Below, one piece after another: positions 52,219 through 62,563 of a stretch of 64,000 nt of DNA. This stretch comes from Myxococcota bacterium (lineage in GTDB: Bacteria > Myxococcota_A > Polyangia > Nannocystales > Nannocystaceae). Positions within the stretch are counted from its first letter, which is position 1; each line of letters opens with the position of its first letter. Below the pieces are notes generated by a model that saw nothing but the letters and a program-made list of their open reading frames with translations, had not been told where the DNA came from and did no database searches. The translations under genes were made by a program, and so were the position numbers. Where the stretch lies: positions 32,001-96,000 of the forward strand of contig JBCCHT010000001.1 in the NCBI GenBank assembly GCA_039028615.1, read 5' to 3'.

Positions 52219-53978
52219 GCGTCTCCTTTGTACTTGGCCGTGAAGGGGGCGAAGGGTCGTCCTCCGCCCTCGAAGAACGTGTCCAAGAACTCGAGTAGCT
52301 GCAGTCGAGCCGGGTGCACGACCGAGCCGATGACCGCCATCGCGAAGTTGAAGGCGTGACCCAGGACCAGGACCACCGCGGCGGCGATCGTGCCCAGCAC
52401 TCCGTCGGCCAGGGTCGCGGCGATGGTGTTGACGACCATCGCGATGATTCCCGACGACAAGCCGAGGCCGAAGATGCGAGCGTACGAGGCGACGTTGCCG
52501 AGCAAGCCGCTGACGTTGTAGAGCGCCCACAGGCCCCCGCCCAGTCGAGGTCCCAAGCCGCGCTCGGGGGCGGCGAAGACCAGCAGGGTCAAGCAGACGG
52601 CCGCGAAGGGCCACCACGGCCACGTGCCGATGAGGGCGAGGCTCAAGGTAGGAATGACCAGCAGCCAGGCCAGGGCTCCCAACGCGGCCTGGAGCCTCCG
52701 CTGCCGCAGCATGAGCCCGAGGCGGATGGCCATGCCCAGACCGAGCTGCACCACGCCGAAGCCGAGCGAGGCGTAGAACAGCTGCTCGGGGCGGTCGACC
52801 AGCGTGAAGAGCAGCGCGTCGGCGGGCAGGTCGAGCCACTCGTGCATGCGGACGCCGAAGACGTTGCCGAGCAAGGCTCCGATGCCCATCGTGCACAGCC
52901 CCAGGACCACCGCCCACCGCAGCAGGACCCGCAGGTCACCCGAGGGGCGGCCCCAGGCCAAGGCCGCCCACGACAGCCCGGTGAGCACCAGGCCGTAGCC
53001 GAGGTCGCCCAGACAGAAGCCGAAGAACAAGCCCATGAACGGGGCGATGAGCGGGGTGGGGTCGAGTTCGCCGTACGAGGGGAGCTTGAAGGCCGCGACC
53101 AGCGGCTCGAAGGTCCGCACCACGGGCGGGTTGTCGAGGGCGACGGGGACCGGCGTGCCGACGCCCGGAGGGCCGACCAGCAACACCGCGGTCTCTTCGG
53201 CGAGCCGACCACGGAGGACGGGGAGGTCTCGCGTGGCGCAGTGACCTTCGACGGTGAACAAGCGCGGATCGGTGTCGGTGCCCTGCCGCACTCGCAGGTA
53301 CTCGATGCGGTCGTCGAGCGAGGCCTCGTAGGCGCTCAGGCGGGGAGCTTCGGTACGCAGGTCTTCGAGCCGAGCGGTGAGCCGACCGTGCTCGGTTCGT
53401 GTTTCGTCGATGTCCTGCTCGACGGCTGCCAGTGCGCGGGGCGGCAGCTCGAGGACGGGCAGCGGCAACCCCTCGTCGGGTTCCGGGCTCACGGTGATGA
53501 CCTCGACGCGACCTCGCCCGCGGGGGCGCACGCTCGCCCACGCCAGCTCGTCCAGTGCGTCCGCGTCGAGCTCGCCGCGCCCGACCCGATGCACCCCGAC
53601 CACGACGCCCTGACGCTCGAGCCAGCGCAGGTCCTCGGGGTCCACGTCGGCCCAGGGCACCGCCAGGCGCCGCTCATCCTCGAGCGCAGTCAGGCGGGTC
53701 GCGAGGGCGTCGATGTGCCCAAGCACCTGCTCCGCCCGCTCCACGACCGCCGCGGCATGCTCGGGGTCCATCGTGGTCGCGGCCGTGGTTTCACCGCCGA
53801 GCCGGGCCCGGACTCGCCGTACACGGTCCCGCTGCGCTCGAAGTTCACTGGCCTCGGCGGGCAGCTCGTCCGGCGCATCGACGTCGACCACCGCGGCCGA
53901 CCGCAGCGTCTTCAGCACGGCGTCGCGATCCTCTCGCGCACCGACGATCGTCACTCGACTCATCTCAACGACGGCCAT
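52215..53978 (-). CDS. ntpI: V/A-type ATPase subunit I (a)
   Basis: LPSYGELDPT, FFGFCLGDLGYG, essential Arg in SYARIFGLGL, and HPARLQLLEF. Confidence 0.93.
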   Translation of the reverse strand: MAVVEMSRVTIVGAREDRDAVLKTLRSAAVVDVDAPDELPAEASELRAQRDRVRRVRARLGGETTAATTMDPEHAAAVVERAEQVLGHIDALATRLTALEDERRLAVPWADVDPEDLRWLERQGVVVGVHRVGRGELDADALDELAWASVRPRGRGRVEVITVSPEPDEGLPLPVLELPPRALAAVEQDIDETRTEHGRLTARLEDLRTEAPRLSAYEASLDDRIEYLRVRQGTDTDPRLFTVEGHCATRDLPVLRGRLAEETAVLLVGPPGVGTPVPVALDNPPVVRTFEPLVAAFKLPSYGELDPTPLIAPFMGLFFGFCLGDLGYGLVLTGLSWAALAWGRPSGDLRVLLRWAVVLGLCTMGIGALLGNVFGVRMHEWLDLPADALLFTLVDRPEQLFYASLGFGVVQLGLGMAIRLGLMLRQRRLQAALGALAWLLVIPTLSLALIGTWPWWPFAAVCLTLLVFAAPERGLGPRLGGGLWALYNVSGLLGNVASYARIFGLGLSSGIIAMVVNTIAATLADGVLGTIAAAVVLVLGHAFNFAMAVIGSVVHPARLQLLEFLDTFFEGGGRPFAPFTAKYKGDA

Positions 53979-54603
53979 CGAGCCCTCCCCGTGCCGCGGC
54001 GTTCGACTTGGCGAGGATCTTGCCCTTGGCGATCTTCGCTCGGCACACCGCGGCCGTCTGTTGGTCGCCCAGGTACACCCGAAGACGACGGATATTGTTC
54101 TTCGCCCGTGGGATCAGGACCTCGTCGTAGAGGTTGATCCGCTGCGTGGTCCGGCGAAGCTCCTGCTCCACGCGCTCGTACTGCGTATCCATGACCTCGG
54201 CTTCGGCCTGGTGCCGGGCCCGTTCCCGACGCAGCTCGATGGCGTCGTCGAACGACGGCGGCGTCAGCAGCAGCGATGGCGTCTCGGGGCCGAAGTGCAC
54301 CGCCTCGAAGACCGGGACGGCGACCCCGGCGATGCTGCCCTCATGGGTGACGACCTGATCGACCCGAGCGAAACGCTCTACCCGGGGCCAACGATGCCGC
54401 AGCATCGGCGCCCATGCTTCGGCTCGCTCCCGCAGGGCCTGGCGCGCCCGTCCGAGCCGCTCGCGACGAGCCTCGATCTCCCGCAACGCCGTCTGCAGCC
54501 TCTGCTTGCGCAGCTCGAGCGTGGGCAGAAACTCCCGATACAGCCGCAGCTCTTGCCGCTGCTCTCGCAGCGCGTTCTTGTTGAGCCGGAGCTTGGCGCT
54601 CAT
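53965..54603 (-). CDS. ntpD: V/A-type ATPase subunit D
   Basis: [18 protein letters not shown] and [19 protein letters not shown] at 54603. Confidence 0.93.
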   Translation of the reverse strand: MSAKLRLNKNALREQRQELRLYREFLPTLELRKQRLQTALREIEARRERLGRARQALRERAEAWAPMLRHRWPRVERFARVDQVVTHEGSIAGVAVPVFEAVHFGPETPSLLLTPPSFDDAIELRRERARHQAEAEVMDTQYERVEQELRRTTQRINLYDEVLIPRAKNNIRRLRVYLGDQQTAAVCRAKIAKGKILAKSNAAARGGLDGRR

Positions 54604-55916
54604 GCCCCCGCTCCCTCCTTCGGCCAGCGAGCAACGAGCACCTCGCGCTTGATGCCGACCTCCTCCGGGGCGTAGCACTCGGCCAGCGTCTTCCACCCCA
54701 GGTCCAGCGCGTCGTTCAGGCCGAGCTCGACCGACAGGTCCATGAAGCGCTCGCGAAACAGCGCACCGTAGCGCTGGTGCTTGGCGTCGGTCTCGGTGCG
54801 CTCGAAGCCCATCGCGAGCTTCTTGTCCGACTCCTGCGCCCGCGCGTAGAGCCGAATCATGGCGTTCATCAGCGGACCGTGGTCCTCACGCGTGGCACTG
54901 CCGATGACGAGCTGCTTGAGCCTCGAAAGCGAGCCGAAGGGGCTGATCACCCCGTGTTCGAGGTAGTACTGCCCCTCGGTGATGTACCCGGTGTTGTCGG
55001 GCACGGGGTGGCCGAGGTCTCCGCCCGGCATGGTGGTGACCCCGAGGATGGTGATCGAGCCGGCCCCGTCGAAGTCGACCGCTTTTTCGTAGCGCGCGGC
55101 GAGTTCCGAGTAGAGCGAGCCGGGGAAGCCCAGGTTCGAGGGCACCTGCTCCATGGCCACGCCGATCTCCTTGAGCCCGTCGGCGAAGGCGGTCATGTCG
55201 TTGAGCAACACGAGCACCCGATGCCCCGCCACCGCGAGCTGCTCGGCCGTGGCCAAGGCCATGTCGGGCACCAGCAGGCGCTCGACGACCGGATCCGCGG
55301 CGGTGTGCACGAACATGACCGTCCGCCCCATGACGCCGCCGTCCTCGAAGGCCCGGCGGAAGAAGATCGAGTCGTCGAACTCCAGACCGATGCCTCCGAA
55401 CACGATGACGTCGGCCTTGGCCTGCAGCCCGATGCGCGCGAGCAGCTCGTTATAGGGTTCACCTGCGGCCGAGAAGATGGGGAGCTTCTGGCTCTCCACC
55501 AGCGGGTTGAACACGTCGATCATCGGGATGCCGGTCTCGATCATTCGGTGCGGCACGGTGCGACGGACCGGGTTGACCGAGGGGCCCCCGATGCCGACGG
55601 CGGGTCCTTCGTCGACGGGCGGCTTGCCGTCCCGAGGTCGCCCCGAGCCGTCGAAGATTCTCCCCAGCAAGCGCTCACTGACCCGCACCTGCATGGGCCG
55701 CCCGAGGAACCGGACGCTGGCCGCCGTGCTCAGGCCACGAGTGCCGTCGAGCACCTGCAGTGAGACCCGGCGCCGATCGATGCGCACCACTCGGGCCGTG
55801 CGTGACTCGCCGTCGGGATTTCGCAACACCGCCAGGTCACCGTTGCCCACGCCGTCGGCCAGGACCTGGGCGATGTCGCCTCGGATTTCCTCGATTCCTC
55901 GGTACGTCTCGATCAT
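54600..55916 (-). CDS. ntpB: V/A-type ATPase subunit B
   Basis: [45 protein letters not shown] and SLSRLK; ATG at 55916. Confidence 0.96.
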   Translation of the reverse strand: MIETYRGIEEIRGDIAQVLADGVGNGDLAVLRNPDGESRTARVVRIDRRRVSLQVLDGTRGLSTAASVRFLGRPMQVRVSERLLGRIFDGSGRPRDGKPPVDEGPAVGIGGPSVNPVRRTVPHRMIETGIPMIDVFNPLVESQKLPIFSAAGEPYNELLARIGLQAKADVIVFGGIGLEFDDSIFFRRAFEDGGVMGRTVMFVHTAADPVVERLLVPDMALATAEQLAVAGHRVLVLLNDMTAFADGLKEIGVAMEQVPSNLGFPGSLYSELAARYEKAVDFDGAGSITILGVTTMPGGDLGHPVPDNTGYITEGQYYLEHGVISPFGSLSRLKQLVIGSATREDHGPLMNAMIRLYARAQESDKKLAMGFERTETDAKHQRYGALFRERFMDLSVELGLNDALDLGWKTLAECYAPEEVGIKREVLVARWPKEGAGA

Positions 55917-57688
55917 GCTGCACCTTCCATCGGTTCGCGTCCCGTCTGTTCGAGCACGAGCGCGTCGATGCGACGGTCGTGCTCGTCGTGGGCCTCGGTC
56001 CCCGGCTCGCAGTAGGCCTTTTGGTAGAAGGCGTCGGTCAGTCGGGTGAAGAAGCGGCGCGCGGCGGCCTTGCTCTCGAAGCGCCACGGACTGGCGAGGA
56101 CCTCGTGCAGCCGCAGCAGGTCAGCGCGCTGACGCTCGATGGGCGTGGCGGCATCCACGTCGTCGAACGCGTTCTGCTGCAGATAGACCGCGTCGAGCAG
56201 CTCTCCGCTCAGGTAGGCGACCAGGTCGTCGAGACCGACCCCCTCCTCCCCGACCACCGTCATCATGCGGCGAACCTGGGCGCCCCGAGCCAGGCATTCG
56301 CTCGTGACGGCCACCGCTTCGGTCCATGCCGGGTCCTGCTCGCCGAAGCGCGGCCCGTAGCGCGACCAGGAGTCGAGCGGGTCGATCGCGGGGTACTTGC
56401 GCTCGTCCGAGCGGGCTCGGCTGAGGCCGATGAACGCCCCCACGACCTTGAGCGTGGCCTGGGTGACCGGCTCCTCGAAGTTGCCGCCCGCGGGCGACAC
56501 CGTGCCCACCAGGGTCACCGCCCCGGTCTCCCCTCCGTGCAGCCGCACCAACCCCGCGCGCTGGTAGAGGCCCGCGATGCGGGTGTCGAGGTACGCGGGG
56601 AAGGCCTCCTCGCCGGGGATTTCCTCGAGGCGCCCCGACATCTCGCGCATGGCCTGCGCCCACCGTGAGGTCGAGTCGGCGAGCACGAGCACGTCGAGCC
56701 CGAGCTGGCGGTAGTACTCGGCCAGCGCCATGCCCGTGTAGATCGAGGCCTCGCGCGAGGCGACCGGCATCGAGGACGTGTTGCAGACGATGATGGTGCG
56801 GTCCATCAGCGTGCCGCCCGTCTTGGGGTCGGGCAGCTTGGGCAGCTCGTCGATGGTCTCCACCACCTCGCCCGCCCGCTCGCCGCAGGCGACCACGATG
56901 ACGACATCGACCGCGGCGTGACGCGCCAGCAGCTGCTGCAGGACCGTCTTGCCCGCGCCGAAGGGCCCGGGAATGCAGGCCGTCCCCCCGCGCGCGATGG
57001 GAACTAGGGTGTCGATGATCCGGCACCCGGTCGTCAGGCGCTCGTTGGGATACAGCCGCTCGGCGTACGCCGCGATGGCCCGCTTGACCGGCCAGCGCTG
57101 GCAGAGGGTGACCTCGTGGGTCCGCCCCTCGTCGTCGCGCAGGGTGGCGACGCAGTCGTGCACCCGGACCTGCCCCGGGTCGGCGACATGGGTCACCGTG
57201 GCCGTGCCGCGCAAGTCGAGCGGCGCCAGGGTGCGATGGCGAAGGTGCCGCTCGTCGACCCAGCCCAGCCAATCGCCGGCCCTCACCCGGTCACCGACCT
57301 CAGCCGTGGGGTGGAAGGCCCAACGCCGCTCGGGATCGATGGCCGGGGCGGTGGCCCCTCGACGCAAGAAGAAGCCCTGGCGGTCGTCCAGCTGCTGAAG
57401 CGGCTTGTGCAGCCCGTCGTAGATGACCCCCAGCATGCCGGGACCCAACGTGACCGACAGCTGCTCGCCGGTCAGCTCGACCGGCATGCCGACCCGGATG
57501 CCGTGAGTGTCCTCGAACACCTGCAGGTAGGCCTCGCGTCCCTCGATGCGAATCACCTCCGCCTGCAGACGCTCGCGGCCACACACGACGTAGCCGACCT
57601 CGCTGTGCATCGCGGCGCCGGGCAGCTGCGCCACCACGAGGTTGCCGTTGACTCCGATCACTCGACCGGTCCTGCTCGCATCACTCAT
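55913..57688 (-). CDS. ntpA: V/A-type ATPase catalytic subunit A
   Basis: Walker [40 protein letters not shown] and [14 protein letters not shown]. Confidence 0.97.
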   Translation of the reverse strand: MSDASRTGRVIGVNGNLVVAQLPGAAMHSEVGYVVCGRERLQAEVIRIEGREAYLQVFEDTHGIRVGMPVELTGEQLSVTLGPGMLGVIYDGLHKPLQQLDDRQGFFLRRGATAPAIDPERRWAFHPTAEVGDRVRAGDWLGWVDERHLRHRTLAPLDLRGTATVTHVADPGQVRVHDCVATLRDDEGRTHEVTLCQRWPVKRAIAAYAERLYPNERLTTGCRIIDTLVPIARGGTACIPGPFGAGKTVLQQLLARHAAVDVVIVVACGERAGEVVETIDELPKLPDPKTGGTLMDRTIIVCNTSSMPVASREASIYTGMALAEYYRQLGLDVLVLADSTSRWAQAMREMSGRLEEIPGEEAFPAYLDTRIAGLYQRAGLVRLHGGETGAVTLVGTVSPAGGNFEEPVTQATLKVVGAFIGLSRARSDERKYPAIDPLDSWSRYGPRFGEQDPAWTEAVAVTSECLARGAQVRRMMTVVGEEGVGLDDLVAYLSGELLDAVYLQQNAFDDVDAATPIERQRADLLRLHEVLASPWRFESKAAARRFFTRLTDAFYQKAYCEPGTEAHDEHDRRIDALVLEQTGREPMEGAA

Positions 57689-58257
57689 CGCCAGTCCTCC
57701 TCGGGGAGTTCCCCGTCGTCACGAAAATCCCAGGCCTGCTGCACCGTCGCGGCCACGATGCGGGCGACGACCGCTTCGGTGGAAAACGGGCTGCCCCCCA
57801 CCAGCGCCTCGAGCTCCCGCACGCGAGCCGTATCCAGCGCTCGCTCCCGAAGCTCCGGGGTGGCGGCGCCCTCCGCCTCGGTGACCACCGCGGCCACGCT
57901 CGCCGCATGGTCGGCGACATCGGGTCGCGGCGCCGGCCAGTCCAGGCCTCGGGCCGCCGCGCGTCGGGCCGCCAGGGCCTCCCGTAGCGCGCGGTCGAAG
58001 CTCAGCCACTGCGCCATCGCTTCATGCCCACACTCTTGCGCCAACCGGAGCGCCCGCTCCATGCGGTCGCGGTCGGCCGCGACCGGCTCGTCTGCGCGCT
58101 CCGTGTCACTCAGCTCCAGCAAAGCCTCCACCAGCATCTGGTCGGCCTCGCCGAGCTCGGGCAGGCAGCGCTCCACCAAGGCCAGCATGGGCATCGCAGG
58201 CGCCTGCGGACCCTCGGGGGCGGGCGGCAGCGCGGTGAGCAGCTCGTAGTGCCTCAT
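57685..58257 (-). CDS. DUF2764 / subunit C-like V-ATPase-associated protein
   Basis: Lies between E and A with overlapping start/stop codons; N-terminal YELLTALP and a W..FDRALR pattern. Confidence 0.7.
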   Translation of the reverse strand: MRHYELLTALPPAPEGPQAPAMPMLALVERCLPELGEADQMLVEALLELSDTERADEPVAADRDRMERALRLAQECGHEAMAQWLSFDRALREALAARRAAARGLDWPAPRPDVADHAASVAAVVTEAEGAATPELRERALDTARVRELEALVGGSPFSTEAVVARIVAATVQQAWDFRDDGELPEEDWR

Positions 58258-58901
58258 CCCTCGCCTCCCGCCGCGAACAGCTGCGCGCGGAGCCGCGGTG
58301 ATGCGAAGCGCAGCAGCACCTCGCGCAGCGCGTCGTCGGTCACGTCGAGTTCTAGTCCGTCCCCGCGCAGGCGAAGCCCCGCCCGTACGTCAGCGTCGAA
58401 GCGCACGGTCACGCCCTCGTCCAGGTCGCGGACCACCGCCTCGACGAACGCCCCGTCCAGTCGCGCCCGCTCGGCCGCGGGGAGCAAGACTTCGAGGTCA
58501 CCACCACCGTGGGCGAACGCCCGCACCGCTTCGCGCAGCATCGCCCCCAGCTGCGCAGGGTCCTCCAGCACGCCGGCCAGCGCGCCATCGATGGTCGGGA
58601 CCACCACGCTACGCTCGAGGGCTTGTCGAAACGCCAACAACCCGGCGGCGCTCGCCTGAGCCAGCTCGTGCTCGAGCTGCGCCGTGCGTCGGTTCGCCTC
58701 GGCTTCGGCCGCGGCGACGACCCGCTCGGCCTCGACTCGGGCCTCGTCGATCAACGTTCGGGCCTCGGCTCGCGCCTGCTCCAACCGCGCCTCGGCCTGC
58801 TGCTCTCCGGCCTCGATGCCCCGTCGTCGTAGCGCATCCACCACCCGCTCGAGCCCATGGATTTGCGCATCCAACGCGGGATCTCCATCCGTCCTACTCA
58901 T
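58254..58901 (-). CDS. ntpE: V/A-type ATPase subunit E
   Basis: Coiled-coil N-terminus (GIEAGEQQAEARLEQARAEA), C-terminal DVTDDAL...SPRLRAQLF; first gene of the operon. Confidence 0.85.
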   Translation of the reverse strand: MSRTDGDPALDAQIHGLERVVDALRRRGIEAGEQQAEARLEQARAEARTLIDEARVEAERVVAAAEAEANRRTAQLEHELAQASAAGLLAFRQALERSVVVPTIDGALAGVLEDPAQLGAMLREAVRAFAHGGGDLEVLLPAAERARLDGAFVEAVVRDLDEGVTVRFDADVRAGLRLRGDGLELDVTDDALREVLLRFASPRLRAQLFAAGGEG

Positions 58902-58965
58902 GAGATTCACTCCACCGTTGCTGCCTTCAAAAGCACCATGAGCCGCGATTTAGACCCCATCGAAC

Positions 58966-59000
58966 GATTAGTTCTCTCGTGATAGATTAGTTTTATTCAT
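58966..59000. promoter_or_regulatory. LysR binding region overlapping the LysR start codon
   Basis: ATTAGTTTTATTCAT (58986-59000, T-N11-A) and a second GATTAGTT at 58966 in a ~97-bp divergent gap. Confidence 0.6.
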
Positions 59001-59904
59001 GCCTACCAAGCTCCCCTCGCTGTCTGCGCTCCAGACCTTCGAGGCGGCAGCGCGGCACTGCAGCTTCACCGCGGCATCGCGCGAGCTGCATGTGACGCAG
59101 GGAGCCGTGAGTCACCAGATCCGCGCGCTCGAGAGCGACCTCGGCTATCGGCTCTTCGTACGTCGGCCGCGAAAGGTCGAGCTCACCGAAGAAGGTCGGG
59201 TGCTCGGTGACGCGGTCACGCGAGGGCTCGAGCAGATCAGCGAAGCCCTGCGCAGCATCGATGCCCAGCTCGGTCGCGGGTGGCTGACGGTCAGCGTCAG
59301 TCACTCCTTCGCGGTGCGCTGGCTCGTGCCTCGCCTCGAGGATTTCCGCCAGATCCACCCCGACACCGACGTCCGCATCTCTTCGACCAACCGCATGATC
59401 GATCCGCGGCGCGAGGAAATCGATCTATGCATTCGCTACGGCGACGGCGACTACCCCGGGCTCGACCGCGAGCTGCTCATCAACGAAGAGGTCTTTCCCG
59501 TGTGTAGCCCGGCGCTGGTCGACGGCCCCACCCCCCTGCGCCGCCCCGAAGACCTTCGGCACCACGTGCTCCTGCACGACGACGTGCTGGTCGACCATCC
59601 CCGACGCGCCGCCTGGGACCACTGGCTCGCCCTGGCCGGCCTCGACCTCGACCTCGACCCGCACTCCGGGCCCCACCTCAGCCACACCAGCATGACGATG
59701 ACCGCCGCGCTCGCGGGTCAGGGGGTCGCGCTGGGGCGCACCTGCCTGGCCGCAGACGACCTCGAGGCGGGACGCCTGGTCCGCCCCTTCGGCCCCTCGT
59801 TTCGCTCGCCGTTTTCGTACTGGCTGGTGGCGCGACCCGGCGGGCTGCGGCGCAAGCCGGTCGCCGGGTTCATCGCCTGGCTGCGCGCCAGCATGCCGAA
59901 GTGA
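58999..59904 (+). CDS. GcvA-like LysR-family regulator
   Basis: LPSLSALQTFEAAARHCSFTAASRELHVTQGAVSHQIRALE, WLVPRL, PVCSP and GQGVAL. Confidence 0.93.
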   Translation: MPTKLPSLSALQTFEAAARHCSFTAASRELHVTQGAVSHQIRALESDLGYRLFVRRPRKVELTEEGRVLGDAVTRGLEQISEALRSIDAQLGRGWLTVSVSHSFAVRWLVPRLEDFRQIHPDTDVRISSTNRMIDPRREEIDLCIRYGDGDYPGLDRELLINEEVFPVCSPALVDGPTPLRRPEDLRHHVLLHDDVLVDHPRRAAWDHWLALAGLDLDLDPHSGPHLSHTSMTMTAALAGQGVALGRTCLAADDLEAGRLVRPFGPSFRSPFSYWLVARPGGLRRKPVAGFIAWLRASMPK

Positions 59905-59953
59905 GCCCCTCGCACGGGGGGTTCACATTCATGGGGCGCGTCATGTCTACGAC

Positions 59954-60784
59954 ATGGGAGTCCATGACCGAATGAAACTGCCCCGACTCGCTCGTCGTCC
60001 ACGCACCTGGCGTTCCCGTGGGCCCAGAGCCCTCCGCACCGACGGAGTCCGACCGTCGATCCTCGTCTACAAGAACGACGAGTACGTCGACAAGGACGTG
60101 CTCGAGTTCGCCGAACTGAGTCAATTCGACCCCATCGTCCTCATCTTGACCGGCAAGGGCCAAGCCACGGGGACGCTCGTGAACGTGGGACGGGACGTGG
60201 GCAAGGTGATCTTGACCGCCGCGCACGTCATCGAAGACGGGGTGCGGAGCGTCTACCTCGAGGGCGCGCCGATCAACGAGACCGAGGGCTCCCCCAGCAT
60301 GGAGGTCGAAGTGGCGAGCACCAAGGCCAGCCCGAATTTCGAGCGGGGCAACGACGACACGCGCCGCTACGACTACGGCGTCATCGTGCTGAAGGACGCG
60401 GTCGACACCATCACCCCCTACACCATCTCCAATACCTGCCCCACCCGCGTGCACGAGGGCATCGTCAACGTCGGCGGCTACGGAGACTACGTCAACACCT
60501 CGGGCGCCAACAGCAAGGCGCTCCACAAGCGGGTGTTCCACAGCCTCGTGCGCACCGACGCGTCGAACTGCTCGGTGCTGTTCTCCGACTCTGTCGAGAA
60601 GATCGACAAGGACCCGACCCAGGGCATCTACTGGGGCTACCCCTGGGAGGGCGACAGCGGCGGCCCAGTGTTCACGGGCGGTGTCTTCAACCAGGTGGCC
60701 GGCGTCGTCTCGGGCAAAACCGCGGACGACCGATTCGCCTACGCACGGCCCTCCGCCAACGACATCGTCGGTCTGCTCACCTGA
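59954..60784 (+). CDS. Trypsin-like (S1) serine protease
   Basis: Catalytic triad motifs LTAAH, YDYGVI and GDSGGP; no clear signal peptide; start uncertain. Confidence 0.82.
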   Translation: MGVHDRMKLPRLARRPRTWRSRGPRALRTDGVRPSILVYKNDEYVDKDVLEFAELSQFDPIVLILTGKGQATGTLVNVGRDVGKVILTAAHVIEDGVRSVYLEGAPINETEGSPSMEVEVASTKASPNFERGNDDTRRYDYGVIVLKDAVDTITPYTISNTCPTRVHEGIVNVGGYGDYVNTSGANSKALHKRVFHSLVRTDASNCSVLFSDSVEKIDKDPTQGIYWGYPWEGDSGGPVFTGGVFNQVAGVVSGKTADDRFAYARPSANDIVGLLT

Positions 60785-60850
60785 CTCCAAAACGACGCGA
60801 GCCCGGATGACGTTTGCCATCCGAGCCCGCGGGTCGAGGTGAAGAGGCTC

Positions 60851-62563
60851 TCAGCCTTCGCCTTCGGCCTCGGCTGCCCGCTGCCCGACGACGAAGGCCG
60901 CCAGCTCCGCGAGGTCCTCTTCGCTCAGCTTGTCCTCGCCGAACTTGGGCATCTGGGCCTCTTCACCGAACAGGTCGACCGCGCTCGAGTCTCGGATGAC
61001 CCGGGCGACCCACTTCGCCGAGCCGTGGTCGAGCAGGTTGGGCCCAGCGCCCTCGAGGCCCGCTTCGACCTCGTGGCAGCCGCTGCAGTCGAACTCGTCG
61101 TCCCATAGCGTCTTGCCGGTCGCGGCCAGCACGGAGTCGACGTCCTGTTCGCCCTGCAGCTGCCACAGGTACTCGACCAGGGCATCGAGCTGGTCGGCAG
61201 CGATCGCCGTATGCTCGTCGCTCTCGGCCACCTCCGGGTAGGGATCCATGTCCTCGTGGATGGTGCCGCCGAAAAAGCGCGTTTCGTTGGGGTCGCGAAC
61301 CAACGCGGCCAGCCACGCTCGGCTGCTGTAGTCGGTGAGCGAGGGTGCCTCTTCACCGCCGAAGCCATCGAGTTCGTGGCAGTTCTGGCAGTGCTCGACA
61401 TAGAGCGCCCGCACCTTGTACTCGGGGTCGTTGCGATACACCGCGGGCCCGCCCTCGGGCAGCACGCCCTCCTTGGCAAAACCGCGGGCTCGCTCGGCCT
61501 GCGCGTACGCCTGCTTCATCGCCTTTTGGTACGACTCGTTGCCCGCGTCCTTTTGCATCGACAGCGCGGTGAGCCCGACGACGGAGGCCATGATGAGCCC
61601 CATCACCGTCAGCACCACCGCCCGCCCCGCCTTGCCGCGGAGGCCATCGAGGAAGGGCGCGGCCACCATGAAGCCGACCACGCCTCCGGGGATGACCATG
61701 GTGGCGATGGGCTCGAGCGGCCCCTCGAAGAAGGTGCGCAGCTCGTACAAGAACAGGAAGTACCACTCCGGTCGCGCCTGAAAGCCCGAGGTGGGGTCGG
61801 CGGGGCCGAACAGCTCCGAGCCGTGGGTCTTGACGGTGATGCCCACCAACGCGATGGCGACCAGCAGCATCGCCACCATGTCGACCAGCAGCTGCCCCGA
61901 GACGAAGGGCTTGCTCTTCGAGTCGGGCTGCTCCGCCTCGGTCGCCTGGCCACGCCGCCCGAGCACCACGATGGCCGCGAGCAGCAGGCCCGCGACCAAC
62001 GGCAGCACGAACGCATGCGCCGCGAACAAGCGGGTCAGGGTCAGGTTGCCGGCCTGGCCTCCGCCCTGCACCACGGTGCGCAGCGCCTCGCCGCCGGGCG
62101 TCTGCTCCATGATTCCGAACTCGACCTGCGCGGCCCAGTAGCCCTGCTCGTCCCAGGGCAGGATGTTGCCGGTCACGCCCAGCGCCATCGTCACGATGAG
62201 CAGGCCCAGGGTCGAGATCCAGACGATTTCGCGAGGTCGGCGGTACGCCCCGGTGAACGCCAGCTGAGCGAGGTACAGCCCCGCGCACAGGATCATGGCC
62301 GAGGTGCCGTAGTGGTGTAGCCCCCGCAAGAACCAACCCGAGGCCACCTGGTCGTTGAGATAGGCCGTGCTCGCCCACGCATCGGAGGCGGAGGCGCTGT
62401 AGTGGGAGGCCAGCAGTACGCCGAGCACCCCCTGCTGCACGAACAGGTACACCAACACGGCCGGCAGCACGTTGGTGAGCCGCGCTCCGCCGGGCACGGG
62501 ATGCTCGGCGAAACTCCGCCAAAGCCCCGGCAGCGCGGTGCGCTCTTCCAGCCAATCGCGCAT
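60851..62563 (-). CDS. qcrB: Cytochrome b (b6 + subunit IV) fused to a diheme cytochrome c; heme bH ligands absent
   Basis: GWFLRGLHH, YRRPRE..W, LPWDEQGYWA, TLTRLFAAH, RPEWYFL, CQNCH and CSGCH; ATG at 62563. Confidence 0.9.
   Translation of the reverse strand: MRDWLEERTALPGLWRSFAEHPVPGGARLTNVLPAVLVYLFVQQGVLGVLLASHYSASASDAWASTAYLNDQVASGWFLRGLHHYGTSAMILCAGLYLAQLAFTGAYRRPREIVWISTLGLLIVTMALGVTGNILPWDEQGYWAAQVEFGIMEQTPGGEALRTVVQGGGQAGNLTLTRLFAAHAFVLPLVAGLLLAAIVVLGRRGQATEAEQPDSKSKPFVSGQLLVDMVAMLLVAIALVGITVKTHGSELFGPADPTSGFQARPEWYFLFLYELRTFFEGPLEPIATMVIPGGVVGFMVAAPFLDGLRGKAGRAVVLTVMGLIMASVVGLTALSMQKDAGNESYQKAMKQAYAQAERARGFAKEGVLPEGGPAVYRNDPEYKVRALYVEHCQNCHELDGFGGEEAPSLTDYSSRAWLAALVRDPNETRFFGGTIHEDMDPYPEVAESDEHTAIAADQLDALVEYLWQLQGEQDVDSVLAATGKTLWDDEFDCSGCHEVEAGLEGAGPNLLDHGSAKWVARVIRDSSAVDLFGEEAQMPKFGEDKLSEEDLAELAAFVVGQRAAEAEGEG

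Noticed and set aside
58999..59904. Naming this LysR gcvA, the regulator of gcvP
   Set aside because: Only subfamily-level similarity; it is ~38 kb from gcvP and divergent from the V-ATPase operon.
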